This document shows, one piece after another, positions 8,753 to 16,916 of a stretch of 64,000 nt of DNA (position 1 is its first letter; every line of letters starts with the position of its first letter). The notes beneath the pieces were generated by a model. It was given only the letters and a program-made list of their open reading frames with translations. It did not search any database and was not told the DNA's origin. The translations under genes were made by a program, and so were the position numbers. The stretch is from contig JAGOUW010000004.1 in assembly GCA_018061075.1 (NCBI GenBank), positions 9,192 to 73,191 on the forward strand, given 5' to 3'. The stretch comes from Candidatus Levyibacteriota bacterium (GTDB lineage Bacteria; Patescibacteriota; Microgenomatia; Levybacterales; UBA12049).

Positions 8753-9253
8753 TTAAGAACTAGCCTGAGCTTGTGCCTTAATATCTTCGATCGCCGCATT
8801 AAATCCAATTGGAGTTAAGCTTGATCCAGAAATTTTACCAAGATTTACTTCATCAATATTTTTTCCGACAACTTGTTCTTTATAGTTAGCGATGAAATCT
8901 GCTTGTTTTTCTTTTGATATTGGCGCCTTAGCTTGCGCTACAACTTCTACTTCTTCAATTACTCCATTTGCAAGCGTAACAGTTACATCAATTGATTCTG
9001 TTCCTGAATGATATGAATATTCTCCAGCTGCTTCGTATGTTCCATCTTTATATGTAGCTGTGGCTCCTGCTTCGCTGGTCTCCTCCATAGCTCCATTTAC
9101 AGTTTCGTCCTGTGGAGCTTCGACTACTGCTTGCTCTTTATTTTTAGTAAGAACAAATCCTCCAATAGCAACTGCTGCGATAATAACTACCACCGCAATT
9201 CCTATCATGATCATGTTTTTGTTCATACCAGTTTTTTGTGTTTCTTCTTCCAT
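8753..9253 (-). CDS. membrane-anchored FMN-binding domain protein (RnfG/NqrC-like)
   Basis: N-terminal TM anchor, YKDGTYEAAGEY start of the FMN_bind domain, and candidate flavinylation motif GKISGSSLT. GGAGGTG SD before the ATG. Confidence 0.8.
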   Translation of the reverse strand: MEEETQKTGMNKNMIMIGIAVVVIIAAVAIGGFVLTKNKEQAVVEAPQDETVNGAMEETSEAGATATYKDGTYEAAGEYSYHSGTESIDVTVTLANGVIEEVEVVAQAKAPISKEKQADFIANYKEQVVGKNIDEVNLGKISGSSLTPIGFNAAIEDIKAQAQASS

Positions 9254-9311
9254 TTATTCACCTCCTATCTCTATTTTAGATTAGATTAACAACCTTTAAA
9301 TCAGTTGAATT

Positions 9312-9320
9312 ATTATAACA
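9312..9320 (-). promoter_or_regulatory. extended -10 (TGTTATAAT) for the FMN-binding/apbE/RnfD-FNR operon
   Basis: TGnTATAAT read on the - strand. Followed by a ~50-nt leader ending in a GGAGGTG SD. Confidence 0.45.
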
Positions 9321-9324
9321 AATC

Positions 9325-10431
9325 TTAATTTAAATATTTTTTATAAAAGTCTACTGTCTTATCCATAGCCTCGGTAAAAGCACTCCCTGTAAAATTATGT
9401 CCCCCGCTTTGATATTCATTTAATTCGTGAGGGATTGTTGTTTTATTTAGAATTTCATTAAAATTTCTGCTATATCTTATATCTACTACTGAGTCATCCA
9501 CTGTATGATTAAGTGAAATAGCGCCAGTTATTCCATCTAAATAATTCGTAACTGGCACCATTTTCCAGAAACTTGAATTAGGATCAAATGTGCCATATTT
9601 CTCAAACATTTCATTTCGTTTTTTTCGACTAGGTGAGTCTTCACTTGGAGGCTGATAACTGTTATCCTCGATGCTAAATTCAGAGAAATCAGAATATGTG
9701 TAAACAGCTCCTCCCCAAATCGCAATTGCGGGTATATCAGGTTTTGCACCCAGCGCACGAGAGACAACATTTCCTGCCATAGAATGCCCCCATAATCCAA
9801 TCTTACTCGGATTTACGAACTCATAATTCTCAAGCGCTGAATATGCGCTTAAAACATCAACAACATAATCAGAAGAATAATATGCACCTCCCGGATCTCC
9901 TTCACTTTGACCGTGCCCCCTTAGATCAATTTTAAAAACTACAAATCCATTTCGGGCTAGATAATCAACGTACGAAGAGTAATTGCTAAAGGTCTGATAA
10001 TTCGCAGGGGGTATATATCCATGAACAAAAATAATTGCTGGCCAACCACCCTCAGGCTGTTTACCCGTTGGAATTGTTAACTGAGCAAAAATAGTATTTC
10101 CATCAGATTCATAACTTGCTAGATTTGAAGCATAATCTCCATTTCTAGAATTTTCCTCTATTACCGATAACTCACTCACATACTTCCTACTCCTCAAATA
10201 TGGAATCGTAAGCTCCTCGAATGGATAAGGAGTTGGCGTAGGAACTACTGACGATTTTACATTTGATATTTTTTGAGCTGAACCACCCTTTGAAATAACC
10301 GAATAAAGTCCACCAAAAACCAAAGCATTTATTCCAATTAATGCTCCTAATAATAAAATTATTTTCCTTCTTTTCTGGGTTGGAGTTAAAGTTGGGATTT
10401 CTGAAAGCTGGGGCTGCGCTTTTTCTTCCAT
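9325..10431 (-). CDS. membrane-anchored alpha/beta hydrolase (S9/dienelactone-hydrolase-like serine hydrolase)
   Basis: N-terminal TM. Nucleophile elbow GLWGHSMAG, Asp in TVDDSVV, His in SGGHNF. Paralog of 16917-17954. Confidence 0.75.
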   Translation of the reverse strand: MEEKAQPQLSEIPTLTPTQKRRKIILLLGALIGINALVFGGLYSVISKGGSAQKISNVKSSVVPTPTPYPFEELTIPYLRSRKYVSELSVIEENSRNGDYASNLASYESDGNTIFAQLTIPTGKQPEGGWPAIIFVHGYIPPANYQTFSNYSSYVDYLARNGFVVFKIDLRGHGQSEGDPGGAYYSSDYVVDVLSAYSALENYEFVNPSKIGLWGHSMAGNVVSRALGAKPDIPAIAIWGGAVYTYSDFSEFSIEDNSYQPPSEDSPSRKKRNEMFEKYGTFDPNSSFWKMVPVTNYLDGITGAISLNHTVDDSVVDIRYSRNFNEILNKTTIPHELNEYQSGGHNFTGSAFTEAMDKTVDFYKKYLN

Positions 10432-10455
10432 GAAATAAAATTATACCAAAGTTCT

Positions 10456-11061
10456 CTAAATGTCAGCAATATAATATCTAATTTCTTCTTTCTCAGGATC
10501 TAAAAGCTCAAATAAGTATGTTATGTCTTCATCCTTATGCCTAATGCATCCTGAGCTCCCCCAGTCCTCAAGTGAAAGCTTAGATTCATTGCCTCCTATA
10601 CCATGCAATCCAAAATATCCAGGAAGAATCCAGTCGCACTGAATATTATTTCCACTAAAATCCAGACATTCTGTGTATGGCACTGGTCCATATGGCCACT
10701 TCTCAGTTGTAGGGATATCAAGTTGAAGAAAATAAGGCGCTGTCTCTGGATTATCCATTGAAGATTCTTTTTTAATGATAGTCCAATATTCCCGTCCTAA
10801 AAGTTTTGGAAGAGGCGTCGGGCTCCAGGATGCACCTGTCTTAACTTGAAAGCGACGAAGTATCTTACTATTATTAGCGTCTCCTGGAACTCCCTCATAT
10901 AAAATTTCAATGCCTGATTTTCTATTAAGCATTAACCAATGAGATGTTTTAGGGGCTTTAATTTGCTCGCTTTTTACTTCCTTATTGGGAAAAATTAATA
11001 AACCTAATACAGGAATTAGAGATATAATAAGAATAGAGAGAATTAGTATTTTCTTTTTCAT
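10456..11061 (-). CDS. L,D-transpeptidase (YkuD domain)
   Basis: Signal/TM N-terminus. Catalytic HG...SSGCIRHKDED motif. Confidence 0.8.
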   Translation of the reverse strand: MKKKILILSILIISLIPVLGLLIFPNKEVKSEQIKAPKTSHWLMLNRKSGIEILYEGVPGDANNSKILRRFQVKTGASWSPTPLPKLLGREYWTIIKKESSMDNPETAPYFLQLDIPTTEKWPYGPVPYTECLDFSGNNIQCDWILPGYFGLHGIGGNESKLSLEDWGSSGCIRHKDEDITYLFELLDPEKEEIRYYIADI

Positions 11062-12228
11062 ATGGACGATTTTAACCCATTCGACGAGCTCAGGGCAAGC
11101 AAAAATATTGAATCAGAAAAACCGTGGTACAAGCGGAGAATTATCTTTGTCTTTTTTTTCATAATAGTCTTTGCGATTTCAGGTTTGGCTTTATATTTAA
11201 TTATAAGCAAACAAACAGATCAAATCATAAATCATAAATCGTCAATCATAAGTCGAGTTTTGCCATCTCCCTCCCCTACATTACCTCCAATTCCATCAAC
11301 TAAGGTTCTTTCAAACGGCGGGTATCATGTTTTCCAAAGTTTTAATAACTGCGGACCTGCTGCGCTTTCTATGGCTCTAAGGTTTTATGGTATTAATGTA
11401 AGCCAACAGGAACTTGGACTTGCCCTAAGGCCTTACCAAGTGCCAGGAGGAGATAATGATGATAAATCAGTGACTCTTGAAGAAGTTGCAGAAAAATCTA
11501 AAGAATATGGCCTCACTCCATACCTTAGACCCATGGGCAATGATGATTTAGTAAAAGAATTCATTGCTAATAACATTCCTGTTATCACAAGAACTTGGCT
11601 TAAAAAAGATGATGATATAGGTCACTATCGAATCATAAAAGGCTATGATGAAACACGAGGTATATTTATACAATATGATTCACTTCAGGGAAAAGATCTC
11701 GAATACACCTATACAGATTATGATGATATTTGGAAAAAATTTAACTATGAATATTTAGTTTTAATTCCAGATGAAAAAAAAGAAATTGCAGAAAGAATAA
11801 TTGATGAAGATTTAGATGAAAAAGTTGCTTGGGAAAAAGCAAAAGAGAATTCATTAAAAGAATTAAGTGCAAATCCAAACGACACAGACGCAGGGTTTAA
11901 TTTATCAGTGGCATACTACAAACTTGGAGAATTTGAAAAGTCAGTAGAGGAATTTGAAAGAATAGAAAACGCTCTTTCATTTAGAACGCTTTGGTATCAA
12001 ATAGATCCTATCCTCGCATATTATGAGTTAGGTGATGACGAGAAAGTTTTACAAATAACCGAAAAAATTTTGAACAATCAAAACAGGGCATTTTCCGAAC
12101 TCTTTATACTACGTGGAAAAATTTATCAAAAACAAGGAAATAATAATCTCGCTCGTCAAGAGTTTCAAAAAGCTGTGATGTATAATTCAAATCTCAAAGA
12201 AGCTCAAGATTTACTGAATTCAATTTAA
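11062..12228 (+). CDS. C39-like cysteine peptidase domain protein with C-terminal TPR repeats
   Basis: N-terminal TM. FQSFNNCGPAALSMALRFYG (Cys) and IGHYRIIKGYD (His) of Peptidase_C39_2 type. TPR-like AGFNLSVAYYKLGEFEKSVEEF and LRGKIYQKQGNNNLARQEFQKAV. Confidence 0.7.
   Translation: MDDFNPFDELRASKNIESEKPWYKRRIIFVFFFIIVFAISGLALYLIISKQTDQIINHKSSIISRVLPSPSPTLPPIPSTKVLSNGGYHVFQSFNNCGPAALSMALRFYGINVSQQELGLALRPYQVPGGDNDDKSVTLEEVAEKSKEYGLTPYLRPMGNDDLVKEFIANNIPVITRTWLKKDDDIGHYRIIKGYDETRGIFIQYDSLQGKDLEYTYTDYDDIWKKFNYEYLVLIPDEKKEIAERIIDEDLDEKVAWEKAKENSLKELSANPNDTDAGFNLSVAYYKLGEFEKSVEEFERIENALSFRTLWYQIDPILAYYELGDDEKVLQITEKILNNQNRAFSELFILRGKIYQKQGNNNLARQEFQKAVMYNSNLKEAQDLLNSI
11069..11074 (-). promoter_or_regulatory. 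-10 box TAAAAT 7 nt from the L,D-transpeptidase ATG, inside the divergent gene's first codons
   Basis: Reverse complement of atttta at 11069-11074. Possible TTGCCC -35 18 nt further upstream. Confidence 0.4.
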
Positions 12229-12505
12229 GAGGATAATTTTTTGGTTCTTTTTTTTCCGCTTCATCTTTAATCTCTTCAGTCTTATCCTTAATCTCTCCTA
12301 CCTTTTTCCCAGCATCCTTATTCATATAATCATTGATTTCTTCTCCCCTACTTTTTAAATCATTTAAAACGCTTTTTATTTTTTTACGATTTTTTTCGTC
12401 TTTTAAAGCTATTGCTTTTATGATTGCAACTCCCGCTCCAAGTGCTGCTCCTGTTACTGCTGCTGCTAATGGATTTACAATTTATTTCTTCTTTGTGTCC
12501 GTCAT
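12194..12505 (-). pseudogene. YtxH-like small membrane protein interrupted by an in-frame TAA at codon 8
   Basis: Frame reads MTDTKKK*IVNPLAAAVTGAALGAGVAIIKAIALKDEKNRKKIKSVLNDLKSRGEE... (stop at 12484-12482). The Gly/Ala TM followed by a charged helix is typical of YtxH proteins. No canonical start occurs after the stop. Confidence 0.4.
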
Positions 12506-12566
12506 AAACCCATATTAGAAAATATTTATTAAACGAAATGCTAAATTATGTAAGCAATTAGTAAGA

Positions 12567-13724
12567 TTAATTTTTTTGAAGTTTGGAGAATCTATAAAAG
12601 ATAAAAAGACTACTCAGTTGAAATCCTTGTAAAATTAAAATCGCTGCTGCCGGTGATAACTTATCTGCAGTAAAACCAAGTAGAAATGCTACCAAACCAA
12701 AAAACAAACTCCCAGCGAATGATTCAAGTGACCCCATGGTCGCGCGCTGCTCTTGCTTGAATTCTTTTTGCATTATTGAATTTTTTGCGACCACTGTTGA
12801 ACCAAGAAAAAGGGATGTTGTAGACATTATGATAGGACTGAAAATTGTCGGGTAGATTGCTCCAATCGAATTTGCAGCCCTACTATAAATATTACCTATC
12901 ACTAACATCTTTAACTTACCAAATCTTTTAATATTCTTATTACTAAAATGAAAACTTATAGCGGCCCCGAAATTAGAAAATATTTTTGCAATCGGGATTG
13001 CCCACGCAGGCCAGACCATACTGTAAATTGCTGCCTGAAATTGATAATTCGCTTCTCCAAATCCGTAACCAATAATCGAGGATAGACTTATGAGTCTCAG
13101 TTTTGGATTATGCTTAAATCCAAGAAATGCTTCTTTCAAATGATTGTAGATATTTCCCGACCTATTCGAATGTACTCTTGGCTCTTTAACAAAAAATGAA
13201 ATTAAAACGCAAATTACTTGCGGCACTATAGATAACCAAACCAATAGAGAAAATGAGCCAATAAGAAGTAAAACAACACCAACCGCAGCAGAAATTCCTA
13301 AAGCGATTTGAGACATTTTTCCTATTTTTCCATAGAATTCACCAAATCTCCCCTCTTCATTATTCTCAGAAAGACTGTCATGAATTAATGCATCATTATT
13401 TCCGCTATAAAATGCTGTTGCTAACCCCTGAAACATTGATCCAATCACTAAAACCGTAAAGCTATCCGCAGCTGCATAAAAAATCATTGATACTAACCCT
13501 GCAATTGAACCTAAAATTAAAGTTCTGTGTCTTCCAATTCTGTCTGAAAAAATTCCTGTTGGAATTTCTAAAAGCGCTGAAGAGATAGTGACAATTGAGA
13601 AAACACTCATTCCCAATGCAAATGACCCCGAAATTTGCGCAAAATAAAGAATTGCAATTGGTGCATAAAACCTGAAGTCTATAAAAAAATTAAACCATGA
13701 GAGAAGTTTTATGTTTTGATGCAT
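12567..13724 (-). CDS. MFS transporter
   Basis: About 12 hydrophobic segments. MFS loop motif GIFSDRIGRHRT. Confidence 0.8.
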   Translation of the reverse strand: MHQNIKLLSWFNFFIDFRFYAPIAILYFAQISGSFALGMSVFSIVTISSALLEIPTGIFSDRIGRHRTLILGSIAGLVSMIFYAAADSFTVLVIGSMFQGLATAFYSGNNDALIHDSLSENNEEGRFGEFYGKIGKMSQIALGISAAVGVVLLLIGSFSLLVWLSIVPQVICVLISFFVKEPRVHSNRSGNIYNHLKEAFLGFKHNPKLRLISLSSIIGYGFGEANYQFQAAIYSMVWPAWAIPIAKIFSNFGAAISFHFSNKNIKRFGKLKMLVIGNIYSRAANSIGAIYPTIFSPIIMSTTSLFLGSTVVAKNSIMQKEFKQEQRATMGSLESFAGSLFFGLVAFLLGFTADKLSPAAAILILQGFQLSSLFIFYRFSKLQKN

Positions 13725-13730
13725 AGATGA

Positions 13731-13736
13731 AGTATA
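13731..13736 (-). promoter_or_regulatory. -10 box TATACT 6 nt from the MFS ATG
   Basis: Seen in the 40-nt divergent spacer 13725-13764. Confidence 0.4.
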
Positions 13737-13752
13737 ACAAATACAAATAATG

Positions 13753-13758
13753 TAAAAT
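13753..13758 (+). promoter_or_regulatory. -10 box TAAAAT 6 nt from the DUF167 ATG
   Basis: Seen in the 40-nt divergent spacer 13725-13764. Confidence 0.4.
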
Positions 13759-13764
13759 GTATTT

Positions 13765-13989
13765 ATGACGATTCAAGTTATTGCACATCCCAATGCTAAA
13801 AAAACAAAAATTCAAGGAGATCTACTTGGAGATCTTCATGTTTGGGTTAATGAGCCACCCATTGATGGACGGGCAAATGCTGCAATAATAAATGCTCTTT
13901 CAAAACATTTTAAAATCGAGCGAAATAATATTATTTTAACTAGTGGAGAAAAATCTAGAAATAAAATTTTTGAAATTTCAGGAATTTAA
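13765..13989 (+). CDS. DUF167 (YggU) family protein
   Basis: 74 aa with PIDGRANAAIINALSKHF signature. TAAAAT 6 nt before the ATG. Confidence 0.7.
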   Translation: MTIQVIAHPNAKKTKIQGDLLGDLHVWVNEPPIDGRANAAIINALSKHFKIERNNIILTSGEKSRNKIFEISGI

Positions 13990-15192
13990 TTATTCATATC
14001 TTATGGCCTCAATCGGAGAAAGATCAGCTGCTTTCTTGGCAGGAAAAACGCCAAAGAAAATTCCAATCACTGATGATATACCTAAGGCAGCTATAACTGA
14101 AAGTACATTTATTCCAGCAGGAAAAAATGGCTGAATAAGAATTACAATTAATACTGCAATCAAAAGCCCCATAACTCCTCCGAAAATTGAGAGTATTAAG
14201 GCTTGAGCCAAAAACTGAAGAAGAATATCTCTTCGCGTAGCTCCGATTGCCCTCCTTATTCCAATCTCCTTCGTGCGCTCTGTAACTGTCGCGTACATAA
14301 TATTCATAATTCCTATTCCACCAACTAAAAGCGAAATTGATCCGATTGCGATTAAAATATAATTGAGAATTGAAAATATACTTGTAACAATATTTAAAAT
14401 TTCTGTCTGCTCTACGACCTGAAATTCATCTTCTTCAAAAGTTTTTAATAATAAATTATTTAACTCATTCTTAACTTCAGGAATCGATTCTTCGCTTTTT
14501 GCCTGAACATAAATTGTTGAGAATTTTTTATTTGGATTAAGTGAGTTTATTTTGTAAGACACATAACTATAACTGTCAAAACTGGGCCCTCCGAGTCCCC
14601 CTCCGCCCTTAGAATTTAAAACTGCTATTATTTGAAATGTCTGATCCGAAATTCTAATTTTTTTTCCTAATGCCCCTTCTTTAGATCCAAATAAATCTTC
14701 AGCCAATTTTGGTCCAATCATAACTCTCTTTGCTCTTTTATCAATATCAGATTTCGTTAGCAGTTTTCCAGCCTCCGCCTCAAGAGTTAATACTTTAGAA
14801 ATTTCATGATTAGTAAGAATAATGGTTGTAGATTTTTTTTCACCATTTGCTTGCGCAATTGATGTTTTTTCAAATACAGGAACTGCGTATAGAACATTCT
14901 CCAGCTTTTGAATTTTTGCAACATCACGCTCTCCAAAGCGCTCGCTTATTGCCCCTGGATCCTGAAATCCCCCTCCCTCAGTTAAAACTCTAGCAGGCAA
15001 AACATAAAGTATATTTGATCCTAAATTTTCAAACTGCTGCTCTATATAATTTCTTAGTCCTATTCCAAATGCAATTAGAAGAACCACAGACAATACTCCA
15101 ATTAAAATTCCTAATGAGGTTAGAAATGTCCTTACTTTGTTTCTCTTAAAATCATCAAGAGCCGACATAAATAAAAACTCAAATTTCTTCAT
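13990..15192 (-). CDS. ABC transporter permease, MacB/FtsX type
   Basis: N-terminal TM, large extracytoplasmic domain, then a C-terminal FtsX-like 3-TM block with TERTKEIGIRRAIGA motif. Confidence 0.85.
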   Translation of the reverse strand: MKKFEFLFMSALDDFKRNKVRTFLTSLGILIGVLSVVLLIAFGIGLRNYIEQQFENLGSNILYVLPARVLTEGGGFQDPGAISERFGERDVAKIQKLENVLYAVPVFEKTSIAQANGEKKSTTIILTNHEISKVLTLEAEAGKLLTKSDIDKRAKRVMIGPKLAEDLFGSKEGALGKKIRISDQTFQIIAVLNSKGGGGLGGPSFDSYSYVSYKINSLNPNKKFSTIYVQAKSEESIPEVKNELNNLLLKTFEEDEFQVVEQTEILNIVTSIFSILNYILIAIGSISLLVGGIGIMNIMYATVTERTKEIGIRRAIGATRRDILLQFLAQALILSIFGGVMGLLIAVLIVILIQPFFPAGINVLSVIAALGISSVIGIFFGVFPAKKAADLSPIEAIRYE

Positions 15193-15860
15193 GATTTAAC
15201 AATCTCCCCATCCTTCATTTGAATTTGTCTTTTTGCCTGAGCTGCAATCTCCTTATCATGTGTAACTATAAGAACTGTTACTTTTAAATCCTTATTTAAT
15301 TCTCCTAATAATTTTAGAATTTCTGCCCCAGATTTAGAATCTAAATTTCCAGTAGGCTCATCAGCCAGAATTAATTTTGGCTTCATTATTAATGCTCGTG
15401 CAATCGCTACTCTTTGCTGCTGACCTCCTGAAATCTTATTCGGCCTATAATCACGTCTTTCGAATATCCCAAACCTTGTTAATAATTCTTCAGCTCTTTC
15501 TACCGGATTAAAATCAATTTTTGATTTTGAATATTTAGCAGGCAAGATTACATTTTCAATTACTGACAATTTATTAATTAAATTAAATTGTTGAAAAATA
15601 AAACCAACATACCTATTTCTTATTTCTGATAATGAATCATCAGACATATGCGAGACGTCTTTATCATCTATTACCACTTTTCCTGAAGTTGGTTTATCTA
15701 GGAGACCCAAGATATGCATCATTGTTGATTTTCCGCATCCTGAAGGACCAACAATTGATGTAAATTCTCCATCTTTAATTACTAAATTTATTTTTTTGAG
15801 GACTTTTGCAGTTTCATCGCCTATCAGATAATCTTTCTCGACATCCTGAAATTTAATCAT
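15189..15860 (-). CDS. ABC transporter ATP-binding protein (MacB/LolD type)
   Basis: Walker A GPSGCGKST, signature ISGGQQQRVAIARA, Walker B LILADEPTGNLD. Start re-called to MIKFQDVEKDY (8-nt overlap with the adaptor gene). Confidence 0.85.
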   Translation of the reverse strand: MIKFQDVEKDYLIGDETAKVLKKINLVIKDGEFTSIVGPSGCGKSTMMHILGLLDKPTSGKVVIDDKDVSHMSDDSLSEIRNRYVGFIFQQFNLINKLSVIENVILPAKYSKSKIDFNPVERAEELLTRFGIFERRDYRPNKISGGQQQRVAIARALIMKPKLILADEPTGNLDSKSGAEILKLLGELNKDLKVTVLIVTHDKEIAAQAKRQIQMKDGEIVKS

Positions 15861-16878
15861 AAACCAAATCACCCTCTTTAAGACCTGATTGAATTTGGGT
15901 ATTTTCATCTGTTTCAAGCCCAATTTTTATATATGTTTTTTCTTTTTTTTCACCTAACAAAACATAATCACCATCCTCATCAGACTTTATAAATTTAGAT
16001 GGGAGAAATAATGCGCTTTCGATTTCGTCAGTTATAAAAGATGCATCTCCACTCATGCCAATTCTAAAATCTGAAACTTCACTATCTATTGAAACTGTAA
16101 CTCTATATGAAGTCCCTGATTCTTCGGCATCAGGAGTAAAGGATATTTGCTCAATTTTTCCTTTTATTTTTCTGTCTTCAAATGAGTCCAGAGTAATCTC
16201 ACATTTTTGTCCTACTTCTAAATTTACCACTTCAGTCTGGTCTGCAAGAACTGAAAAATAAATCGTACTGGGATTAACTATTTGAAAAAGAGTTGTACCA
16301 AATGCAATATTATTTCCTACAAAATAATTTGACTTAGAAGTAATAATGCCTTCAAAAGGAGAAAAAATCACTGAATCTCTCTTAGCAATATCTTTTAATT
16401 CTACTGCAATCACAGATTTATCTAAATCATACTGATTATTCTCAAGTATTCTTCTAACTTCAGAGCTTGGTGCAGTCTGAGGGGTAGCTGAACCATTATC
16501 ATCTTTTGTATCCTCAAAATTATTCCTCTGCTTTGAATAATCTAAAAGCGCTGATTGAAAATTCTTTACTACTGATGCTTGGTCGAGCGTTGCAAGACTC
16601 TGACTTTTTTTAACCGTATCTCCTTCTTTTACACTAATCCAGCTAATTTTCCCAGATACTGGAAAAAATAAATTTGTCATTTCTGTAGCATCAATCTCAC
16701 CTGATAAAATAAGCTCCTCAATAAGATCACCTTTCTTAACTAAGACACTTTCTGAAGGCTCATTATTTCTGTTTTTAAGAAAAAAACCTATTAAAATTAC
16801 CACTAAAATTAGAACGACAATAAGAGCAATTTTTTTCTTTCCGAACCCAATTTTAAGCAGAGAGGATAATTTAGTCAC
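15853..16878 (-). CDS. efflux adaptor protein, HlyD/MacA family
   Basis: N-terminal TM, lipoyl-like GDTVKKSQSLATLD, coiled-coil region, beta-barrel C-terminus. Overlaps the downstream ABC ATPase gene by 8 nt. Confidence 0.75.
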   Translation of the reverse strand: MTKLSSLLKIGFGKKKIALIVVLILVVILIGFFLKNRNNEPSESVLVKKGDLIEELILSGEIDATEMTNLFFPVSGKISWISVKEGDTVKKSQSLATLDQASVVKNFQSALLDYSKQRNNFEDTKDDNGSATPQTAPSSEVRRILENNQYDLDKSVIAVELKDIAKRDSVIFSPFEGIITSKSNYFVGNNIAFGTTLFQIVNPSTIYFSVLADQTEVVNLEVGQKCEITLDSFEDRKIKGKIEQISFTPDAEESGTSYRVTVSIDSEVSDFRIGMSGDASFITDEIESALFLPSKFIKSDEDGDYVLLGEKKEKTYIKIGLETDENTQIQSGLKEGDLVYD

Positions 16879-16916
16879 TTTAGAAATAGTAGCATTTTTT
16901 AGTGGCTAAATAAACA

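Noticed and set aside
11215-11250. Short tandem-looking atcataa repeats, considered as a repeat or CRISPR-like element.
   Set aside because: Only three imperfect 7-9 nt units, all inside a coding region (QIINHKSSIISR). I saw no array of regularly spaced direct repeats anywhere in the window.
12333-12518. 61-aa + strand ORF in the C39/TPR-MFS spacer.
   Set aside because: The opposite strand gives a much more protein-like YtxH-type reading. This ORF is its antisense shadow.
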